DNA from: Vicugna vicugna
Taxonomy: Eukaryota
Direction of reading: 5' to 3'
Length of the DNA stretch: 64,000 bases
Assembly: GCA_013265495.1 (NCBI GenBank)
Contig: MU058824.1
Coordinates: forward strand, 1,054,001-1,118,000
The notes below the pieces were generated by a model that was given only the letters and a program-made list of their open reading frames with translations, ran no database searches and was not told the origin of the DNA. Below are positions 54,051 through 64,000 of the stretch, one piece after another (position 1 is the first letter of the stretch; each line of letters begins with the position of its first letter). A program made the position numbers and the translations under genes.

Positions 54051-55904
54051 TCACTCACAGTCCCAACAGTTGGCAGGTAAGGACACAATTAAGACAACCT
54101 CTATACCTGTCCCAAGTCTGAAAAACACAACAAAGCATCTAATGGCACCAGAAAGGAAAAGGAACTTTCCACCAAGCAGTCTCTGTAACAGAATTTACAG
54201 TCTGCTGCCGAATTACTGCAAAGGCACCTTGGGGGTAATCTGATTATCTTCAGCGCAAGTGCTCAAACTCTGCCATTGGCCAATGTCCAGGAACCCATCA
54301 TTGAATACTCATCACCTCATCAATTCAGCCTCCTCAACTGACGGGCAAAACAACATCCAAATATTCATTGCACATCTGTGCCGGGCAGATTATACATTAG
54401 CAATTCAAATCTGTCCGGTATACCGGCCGTTCCTGCAAATGCGTCTGTTTGGGTGAGATGCCTTGTTATCTGGGATGGATAATAAGGCAACTCAGTCTAA
54501 TCTTGAAGAACAATCAACCCATCTTGTGAAGGTGACTGGCTGTGTGTGTTCTTGCCCTGGCAGCATTGGAACAATGGCCCCATAATGCACTCGACTCAGC
54601 TGGCAATGAAGTCCCATCCTGATTAGTAGCCGTGGCTGGTGTCAATCACCACAGGATGCACCATTGTCCTCTGGTCCCCAACACAGTTTATTTACAGGAA
54701 ACAAAGGCTTTGGGGCGCTATGGCTGCTTCCCAGAGATTGCAAAATAGATTGAGCTGTCAAGCACACAAAATAGATGAAGATTAATGAGTTATGCGGACA
54801 ATAAATATGAAGAGATGACCATGAATATGCTAATGGGCATTATCCATATACACCATAATTGCTACCAAAATTAAAAGGTGGCGTGAAGAAGATGGGTCAC
54901 GAGGTGTCAGGGAGATAATCTTAGAAGCTTGAGACGCTCACCCCGGATAAGACCCGCTACACGTTTCCTTTCCCCGATTAAACCATCCCGAAGCACATTG
55001 TTCACAAGCTGTCCAAATAGGCTCCTTTTAAACAGGGATGTAAGGAGTCGGGTGAGGGGGGAAGCTGGAAAAGTTACCTTAGAGAAAGGTGTAATTAGAA
55101 TAAGAAGGGTGTTTATCAAAGGCAAAAAGTGATCAGCTGTCAGGCTCCCTCCTCATCCCCAGGGACAGAAGTGATGAGGCTGTCATTTCCAACTTCAGGC
55201 CCCCACCACTACCCTAGAGCCACAGGGACTATTATAACTATGAGAATGTTATTTAGATCACCTTTTAAGGAGGAGTGGGTGGTTTTTTGGAGTATTACTC
55301 TGATGACTTTTTAAAAATAGACATAATAGAGAAATTTGAAGAACGTATTTCAAGGCAAGTGAAATTTTGTTTCCGTGAATGATTTGACTTTGGAAAATCT
55401 ATATCTTGTAGAACTGTGGCATGGCTGTGGCATGACTGATTCCCACCCAGCCTCGTAGCCTGTCCTCACAGCCTTCCATGTGGCAGGATGGTGTCCTCCA
55501 ACCCCGTTCACACCCTGTCTTCCTTTCCACCCTCCTGCCTGCGGATGACGGTCATATTAACACAATAGCATATTGAAGTAATGTGATGAGAGGATATACG
55601 AACATTTGAGAAAGTTTTTCTTATACCCTAGTTTCTCTCCTCTGGAGGACCTAGGACAATGAACCTTATCCCCCAGAGATCTTTAGAGCATCACCCCCTG
55701 ATTGTAAGAACACATCTTTGCACCTTCAGGCTAGAGACAAAACTTGTATTCCTTGGCCTACACCAGGTGAAGGGGAGCAGGATGAAACCAGGGTCCAGGA
55801 AGAGGGCAGAAGAGTAGAAGAGAGGAAGGGAAGTCAAGAGAAAGAAGGGGTCCCAGAGACCATCTGAGGTTGACTCTACATGGACTGAAACCTGCCTACC
55901 AGGG

Positions 55905-57400
55905 GAAAAAGGGAATTTTGTACAAATGTATGAAAAAAGCTCACTGAAAGGGATGGGAGGAAAAGGTGCACCCTAAGCAACTCTGGAAATCAACGAAGTC
56001 TGCAAAACTAACAGTATACAAGCACTTTAGTTGACAAACTTGTTCCCACAAGTATGCAGGTTAACAGCTCTGAAACCGCTGGAACTGAACCATCGAGTAC
56101 ATATGGATGGCAGCTGGGGGAGCCGGGGTCTCCTTGTTTTAGTGGGAGTTTACAGTAAGCAAGGGGTGATGGCTTAGAATGATCAATGTGATCATGTGTT
56201 TGGAGATGTCAGTGTGAATTCATGTATAACTTAATATGGACACAGATGACTACATCAAGAAGTACTTATTGGTATGAGCATATATACACATGTATTTCCT
56301 TGCCTTCTCAACTGAGACTGCCTTCAAAATGGCAGCAGTGCCCCAGTAGCAGCAAACACACCTACCACCCAAATCTTGGTTTCTAATGCACTCTCCAGTA
56401 AAAGGAACCAGGATCCACGAAGAAATGGCTGGTGCTAGGATGGTGCAGGAGATACACAAGTTGAGCCAAGAGCTTGTAATGCCAAAAAGTCAGAAAGTGC
56501 TAAAAAAATTTTAAACCCCACGTTGATGTGAGGGGTGCAGTTGAGGGTATGTCAGTGGGACACAGGAGCAACAAAATAAAGTAGTATGGATGATTAACCA
56601 AAATATAAAATAAACAGCCATGAGTCCATACTGATATAAATGATTGAATAAATAAATAAATGAAGCAGCGGAGTGTTAACTCAACTGCTTGTTAATCTCG
56701 GAGCCTCACATAGTTACCTCCTGCCAAAGGGCACAGTATGAAAAGGGAGAAAAAAAGTGACTTGACAGTGACAAAATCCGAGAAACGCTGCCGCAGTCAG
56801 CTGACCAAGGTCAGCATCAACAGTGTAAGTCATCCTGACCAGAGGCTCCCTTGATAGGATGTATGAGAAGCATTTTGCTTCTATGGCCTTCCTCCCCTAA
56901 ACCCATAACCCCAATCTAATCATCAGAAAAGTATATCAGAAAAATCCCAGTGGGAAGACATTCTGCAAAACACCTGATCAGTACTCCTCAAACTGACCGT
57001 CAACAACAGGGACACTCTAAAGTTACACGTCAGTTATATATCCAATTTTTAAAAATACAAATTAAAAAAAAAGCAAGGAAAGTCTGAGAAACTGTCACAG
57101 CCAAGAGAAACCTAAGGAGACACGACAATGTATATGTAATGTATCCTGGATGGGATCCTGGAACAGAAAAAGGACTCTGGTTTAAGTGGGTAAAAACTAA
57201 GGAAATCTGAATAATGTTTGGACTTTAGTTACTAGTAATGTGTCAGTAATGGTTCATTAACTGTGACAACTGTACCATGATAATACAACATATTAATACT
57301 GGAGGAAACTGGGTATGAAATATAGGAGAATTCTCTGTGCTATCTTTGCAGTTTTTTTCTGTATGTCTAAAATAAGAAGTTTATTTAGGAAAAAAAAAAG
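55905..57400 (+). mobile_element. L1MC (L1MC3/4-like) long 3'UTR
   Basis: AAAGGGATGGGAGGAAAAGGTGC, CCATGAGTCCATACTGATATAAAT, ATCCTGGATGGGATCCTGGAACAGAAAAAGGAC, A-rich tail near 57390. Confidence 0.85.
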
Positions 57401-58179
57401 GAAGTTTGCAGCATCTTTTGTGCTTAGTAGGAAGCTAGCAGCAAGACTACTCCTTCCGGATGACATAGAGGCATCAGCCAGACTTCTTAGCAAGTGTCAG
57501 AAATTTACTCTAGTTTACACAGATAAGGAATTTGCTCTAAGGCACTGGGGAGTATGTGAGAGGGTCCAGATCCCGCCTTGGGGGCCATGTAGCTGGGATG
57601 ATGTTGGCAACTGTCCTGCAGAACTGGCCCTGCAGAGACTCCACTGCCGCCACTGTGAACCCACAGTCCACAGTTTACGTGGTCAGCCTTCTGATGTTAG
57701 ATTCAGATGCAGCCACCAGATCAGCCACCTCAGGAAACTGCTTAGCTGCTTGCTTTTGCTGCCCGAATGGCTTCTGTAAGGTCCCCTCTTCTTTGCTTTG
57801 CCAGCTTGCAGTTCAAAGCACAGGTGATGAGTCAGACCAGCCAAGCCAGGTTCAAGGTCCTGCTTGGTACAAAGAAGACAGGGTAATGAATATCGTATTT
57901 TCAGCTTCTACAGTGGGAGGATTCAAGGAGAGGACTTCAGGAAGAAACTGAAGACTGACTGGGCTTTTCTCCAAGTTGTGATAAATTGGCACTTCCTTTC
58001 ACTGCATCTGCAGATATAGCCAAATGGAGAGCTGAGGAAACTCAGTTCAGGGGAGGAAAATGGTCAGCATTGAAGAAAATCAGTATCTAGGATGTTGGAT
58101 GCTCTCTATGGCTGTCTACACTGTGCTGAGCCCAATATAGATGAGACCAAAACTTTTTTTAGTAAAAACACTGAACAGG

Positions 58180-58595
58180 TGTTATGGACTGGATTGAGTT
58201 CCCCCAAAATCCATGTGCTGAAGCCCTAAGCCCCACTGTGACTGTATTTGGAGGTAGGGCCTTTAAGGAGGTAATTAAGGATAAATGAGGCCCTAACAGT
58301 GGGGGCCTAATCCATAGGACTGGTGTCCTTATAAAAAGAGGAAGAGACACCAGATCTCCCTCTCTCTGTCTCTGTCTCTCTCTCTGTCTCTGAGTGTGCA
58401 CAGCGGAAAGGCCATGTGAGGACACAGTGAGAAGGTGGTCATCTGCAAATTAGGAAGAGAGGCCTCACCAGAAACCAGCCCTGCTGGCACCTTGATCACA
58501 GACTTCCAGCCTCCAAAACTGTGAGAAAAGATGTCTGTTGTTTAAGCCACCCAATCTGTGTTGTTTTGTCATGGCAACCAGAGCCGACCAACACA
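58180..58595 (+). mobile_element. MLT1A-like MaLR solo LTR
   Basis: TGTTATGGACTG...GTGACTGTATTTGGAGGTAGGGCCTTTAAGGAGGTAATTAAGG...ACCAACACA; 5-bp TSD ACAGG/GCAGG. Confidence 0.92.
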
Positions 58596-59854
58596 GCAGG
58601 TCTTCAGGGTCCGCATTCCTGGAGATGGCAGTGCTTTTATTTCCCTTATGCTTTCGTCATGGTTTCTGTGGAACGCTATGAAGAGAATCACCACCACTGA
58701 GAAACCACTTACACTGACCAGGGGTAAAGTCTTGGTTAGGTGTCAGAATTGCTCACTCCAGTGATTGCTGTGTATGGCAGAAGGCACATGGGGAGGCGGG
58801 CAGGGTACTGGCTTGGTAATTATTCAGCTTTGAGTTTCTGCTCCCCACTTCCCAGCTGGTGACATCAGTCAGGGTACATTTCTGAGCCTTAGCTGTTGAT
58901 GCGTCTGTTCTCACACATTCAATCTCTGGAGCACTTACCACTCTGTCCTGGAATCATCTGTTAATAAGCGCACTGGCCTGTGTCCTCATTCATCTCTGGC
59001 CCCTTGTGTTCAGCCCAGGGTTGGCACGCAGTCAGCACACAGAGATTTTGAACAGATGTATGCGGACGGAGGATGGCGACAGAGTCATGTGCCTTGTGGA
59101 GAGCCCTCTGTCAATGAGAATTGCTTTTTGAAAAACTTTTGTGAACTTGAAGTCAAAGAGATGTGGGTTCAAACCTTACTAGGTCACTTATTAGCAGTGG
59201 GACCTTCAGTAGAGTACCACACCCAGTTTTTCTTTTGTAAAAGTGAGGCCAGTGATGACGCTGACACTTTTTAATGGCTGCCCAGAGGGTATCCCCAGCT
59301 GCAGAGGCTGAAAATGCTGAATGCTCGGTTTCGGTAGCAGTAGCCATGTAACTCATTTTGTTCAGTGAGTCTGGAGGAGTAAGTTTGCAGGTAAGCTCCT
59401 GGGAGAGCCACCCTTTCCCTAAAAACAAGCACAGGAAAATAAAGGCTCTCACAGCCATGGCCTCTGCCCTGCTTCTTGTCTTTGAACCCAGAAGTGGGAC
59501 TTAATAGCTGTCTTGCAGTCATGAAGGAATAAGCCCAAGGAGAGATGGCGGAGCAGAACAGAGCATCCTTGATGCCACCATCTGAACTAAGAACAGTGAC
59601 ATCCTCCTACAGACATCTGGTTAAGGAAGGGATAGATGTCCTCAGGGTTCATGCCACTGTTGGTTGGGTTTCTTTTTACTTGCATCCTAGAGCATCATAA
59701 CCAATAAACTTGCTTCATAGGGTTAGGTGAGCGCTGATTCAGAAGCATCCGCGTGCCTGATGTGCAGTGAGCACTCAGTAAATGGGAATTTACTGTTGTG
59801 ACTGTGGATCACAGCCCCCTCCCCAGAGAGCTCAGTATGGCTGGGAAGACAGAT

Positions 59855-60030
59855 GGGAGGAATAAGGAGGAGGGAGGCATGAGGAGGGGAGAGCAGGGAG
59901 AGGAGGGGAGAGCAGGGAGAGGAGGGCAGAGGGGATGAGGTGGGGAGGAGGAGAAGGGCAGAACCAGGGGGAATGAGGGGCAGGAGGAGAGAAAGGGGAG
60001 GGGTCGGAGAGAGGGAAGAAGGAAAGAGGG
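59855..60030. repeat. GA-rich (polypurine) low-complexity tract
   Basis: Nearly all G and A on the plus strand, with repeated GGGGAGAGCAGGGAGAGGA units. Confidence 0.9.
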
Positions 60031-60249
60031 CAGTGAAGACATTTCAAAAACTCTATAAATATTTTATGTTATTGTTTCAATTCATCTTTCATTGCTTTTT
60101 TATTCCAAAGGAATTATTGTCCATTATAGCAAACTAGGAAAATGAGGACAAGCAAAATGAAGTCATCCTCACCTTGAGATGACAGTCATGTTGCTTTTGA
60201 ATTCCTTTTGTGGGGTAGTAACAATAATAATGATGGTAATAACAATAAT

Positions 60250-60450
60250 AGATATTACCATTTAGTGAGTGCTTACTAAGTACCAGGCACATCTAGTTCT
60301 CACAAGCACATGAGATTTACAGATGAAGAAATTGAGCTTTAAGAGGGCAGGTCACTTGCCCAGGATCAACAGCTAAGGAGTGTAGAACCAGAGTCTGACC
60401 CAGATCTGGTCACCTCCAAAGCTGGACTTATAACTGTGGCTCTATACTCT
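60250..60450 (-). mobile_element. MIR SINE
   Basis: TTTACAGATGAAGAAATTGAG...CACTTGCCCAGGATCA. Confidence 0.75.
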
Positions 60451-61064
60451 CTCCCATAAATCTCTCATTTTCTTGACAAAACCATGGTTCTGTAATGCAG
60501 TCCCCTATTGCTGGATCATTATATTGCTTCCACCTTGTATGTGTTTTCTATTGCTGTTGTAACAAATTACCATAAATTTAGTGGCTTAAAACAACATACA
60601 CTATTTTTCACTACTGTGTCCTCATACTGTAGGGCATCCTGTCCTAGGGTGCTCCAGGGGTGGCTGGTCTTGTGTGGTCTGGGGGTATCAGGCTGATAAC
60701 CGAAGACCTTCCATGGCCTGAGATCCCAAGGGCCTGCACTTTGTAGTTTCCCTGTGCTCATCTCTATACGAATGAAATAGTTCTCCCATGGTTCCTCATC
60801 CCCCACCACTCATGTCAGAAGCCTTGAATCTCTATCCAAGGATCAGATCCGCATCCAGCAGCATCTCTCTGCCCATCTCTTGGGCCCTCTCGCCTGCCTG
60901 GTGCTGCCTTACCACTTCCATGCCGTGTTAGACACAGCACCCTGCCAGAGGTGGACTGCTCTGAGAGGCTTACAGCACCAGGCCTGAAATTTCCTAATCC
61001 CTCCAAACAGGTTTTCTCTACATACACTTCCTCTCTGAGGTTCAGCCCCAAAGTGGAATGATGT

Positions 61065-61430
61065 GTTTGTCAGCTGTTGTCACACTAATGCTGCAAAACA
61101 AACCACTTCAAAACTCCGTGGCTTCCAGTTAGCATCTCCTTTTTTCACGTACAAATCTGTGCTTTGGCTGAGGCAGCTCTGCAGTTCAGCTGGGGTTGGC
61201 TCTGGGTTTAGGCTGGATTCAAATTTGCTCCATGTGTTTCCATAGCCTCCTTGGAATAGCACCTGGCCAGAGGTGCATTCTTCTTGTGGAAGGTCAAGGA
61301 AGCACTAGAGAATATACAAAACACGTTGCCTCTTAAGGCCTTGGCTCTTGCATTCACATCTCACTGGTCTTAAGTCCTTGGCCAAGTCCAACACCAGTGA
61401 GGTGGGGAAATATATTCTTCCATTCTGTGT
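61065..61430 (-). mobile_element. Old MLT1 (H/I/J-like) LTR
   Basis: ATGCTGCAAAACAAACCACTTCAAAACTCCGTGGCTT...TGGCCAAGTCCAACACCAGTG. Confidence 0.65.
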
Positions 61431-63119
61431 ACTGTGAGGTCCCAAGGCAGAGAGGGCGAAGTTCAGGGTTCACTAGCAAGTTGGAGGAGGGAAAAACCAC
61501 CTTTGAGAAGGCTTCAGGGATGAGACGAGCTTCATGCTGTTTTTATAAAGCAGGGGCTGTCTACCAAATGACTCAAAGAGGATAGACATCTGGGCAGAAG
61601 TTGCAGGTTAAGGGACCAAGAAAGTGGAAAGCAGGTATTGAGTTCACCTGGTGTGTTGGGAAATGAGCCTGGAGAGAGCGGCAGAGTCAAATCACAGAGG
61701 ATTTTATAAGCCAGACGAAGGATTCTAAGGTTGTTCTAGAAGCCGTGGTGAATCTATGATGGGTTTTAAACAAGGAGGAGGCCTGACCAAGGCTAACTAG
61801 CGGGAAGCAAACATGGGTCCCTCACTCCCGAAGCAGTGCCGTCCCCTGGGAACCCCCTCATCCTGCTTCCAGTCTCAGTCCCCTAGTGCCAGCACCTTCT
61901 TCTGCCCCCTCATGGTGAGCATCCCCGCTAGTTCCTAACCTGGATGGTGAAAGAAAGGTGAGGGGGTCGCTTTTGATGATCCTGGAAAAAGGAAGTGCTT
62001 CATTTCACATGACCTACTTACAAACCTAGAGGGCTGTAAACCGTTTATATAAATTTCTAGTTTCTATCCTATTTATGTTAGTTGGTGACTAGGAACATTT
62101 GAACAGCATACAAATCTATGGTCAGAAAATATTAGCTTGTAAACACTACAACCCTGCCCCCAATCATCTCTTTAGATTCAGATTGTTTTTCTGTTCCATC
62201 ATTTGCAGAGTCTTCATCATGGACAGATCTGTACGGGTCAGCCCTAGACCAGGGATTTATTTGTGCCCATAAACAAAACCCCCATATTAGTCACAAACTA
62301 TTTCTGATTCTTGGTTAACATTCTTAAACATCTTATCTCCCAGGGGACTCTTTGCCCTGTCATATGAAGATGATGTTTCAAGATTTATATTTCCCCAAAG
62401 AAGCGAGTAGATCATAAAACTTAATGTATTCCGTGGTTTGGAATGATAATTTGGCAAAGAGGTGAGGGAATATTTCACTGTGGATCATTACAACATCCGT
62501 GTAAGTTGCTAATATACTACTTACTACTTCCCTTTAAATATTCATCCAGCTCCTGTTTATGGAATGGCTCCTATGCCCCCAGGATGGCCTATGGGTGGTC
62601 ATGTCATGGGGATGGGGGACAGAGCTGAAGATGGCTCCCTGACTTGGGTCAGAGGGTTGTGGATGGAGACAAGACAAGCTGTCAAAACGACTAGTTGTGG
62701 GGAGCGTGATGGAGACCACGAGGGGAGAGGACTTTGACACGGAGAAGGGACAGCCGTGGGTCCAGGGATGACACTGTATGTGGCCATGCTGTCCCCAGAG
62801 ACTAGGCCGAAATGAGCAGAGGCATATGCAGAGCCCAAATGCAGAGAGGAGGAGGAAGTGGGTAAGAAAAGAGGGTATGCAATGCAGGGAAGCTACCAGA
62901 ACAGAGGAGGATTCGATTTAACCAATGCTTTCTGAGTATCTGTGCATTGATCCTGTGCTCAAGTTGTTTCCAATCTAGTAACAGAGGAGAGAAGCAGGCA
63001 CTTGGCAGTGTCTTCCAAGGAGGACCATAATAAGGAGGCAAAGATGAAGGAACCTTGAATTCTGTCCCTTAGCAGTAACCTCAAAAAGCTCAAAATGATG
63101 AGGTGGGATAGTACTGTGA

Positions 63120-63330
63120 TTAGGGGCAGTCTTTGAAAACAGGATTCGAATCTTAGCACCATCCCTTCCTAACTAGGTGGCCTTGGGCCTGCGTCACTTC
63201 TCAGTGACTCGATTCTCCCACCTGCACAATGTGGATAATAATATGACACACCGCTCCAGATGATTATGAGGATGAAATAGAACAGCATATGCACAGCACT
63301 TAGCGGAGAGCCTAATGAATGTTGGTCTTT
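63120..63330 (+). mobile_element. MIR SINE
   Basis: GATTCGAATCTTAGC...GGCCTTGGGC...TTATGAGGATGAAATA...AGCACTTAGC. Confidence 0.7.
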
Positions 63331-64000
63331 ACTGTTACGCTAAGTGGTAATAGCCTAAGGGCGTTGATGCTTGGTTTACCCAAAGGCAAAGAGGAGCCAC
63401 TGATAACCTTTCAGCAAGAGAGTGATAGGATCCAGTCCTCATTTTAGAAAGGAGCCTGGAGGAGGTTACTGCTGGCATCATAGCCAGGGAAGAGGGAAGC
63501 TGGATTGTATCCTGATGTGAGCACAGCAGCACAGGCAAGCTTGTTTGAAACAGGGAAGACGTGTACCTGTGTGAAGCAAAGAAGAAAAAGATGGTAAAAA
63601 TGGAGATCTTGAAAGGAGACAGGGGAAGTAATCCCAGTTCCAAGTGGGGAGTTCTCAGATGGATTCTCCTTTCCTGTACCCCATAAACTTCAGTTTGCTT
63701 TCAATTTGCACTGGAATTTTAAAATCAATGGAAGCAGTAGAAGATAAAACTGAAGAAATATGGGCCACACAATGTAACAACGTTCCATGGGCCATTGGAG
63801 CCAAAATGACCAGATGCCAACATGGAGCTGACACAGTCTGCTGGAGACGAGGACATTGGAACCGGACAAGGGCAGCTAGGTCAGCAGCTTGAAGGTGGAG
63901 TTTAGTCTTCAGGCCCTGGAGCATCAGGAAGGCAACCAGACCTCAGTTCTCACTGCCAGCCTGTTAGCCCATTGTCTGGTTGGATGGCCTGTCCCGTCAC

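Noticed and set aside
57315..57951. 154-aa and 131-aa plus-strand ORFs
   Set aside because: They span an L1 tail and probable old LTR-derived sequence, with no coherent protein features.

Overview
Mammalian (eutherian) genomic DNA. The only supported protein-coding genes are a head-to-head pair sharing a CpG-island promoter at about 40.0-41.3 kb: SEC61B on the minus strand (4 coding exons, 96 aa) and ALG2 on the plus strand (2 coding exons, 415 aa GT4 mannosyltransferase). All introns have canonical GT-AG ends and both reading frames are intact. The rest is intergenic or intronic and rich in repeats: old MIR and L2, L1 of several ages, MaLR/ERVL LTRs, hAT DNA transposons (MER58A, MER81) and two young-looking ERV1-type solo LTRs. 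Repeat family names come from visual recognition, not a RepeatMasker run, and most repeat boundaries are approximate. I found no evidence of a new gene system. The best leads are regulatory: a UPRE in the shared promoter, a CpG-rich solo LTR carrying NRF1/YY1/ETS motifs, and a roughly 1 kb repeat-free block dense in homeodomain/POU/TCF motifs at 54.2-55.15 kb. Nearly all other ORFs in the track look like chance ORFs or repeat remnants.
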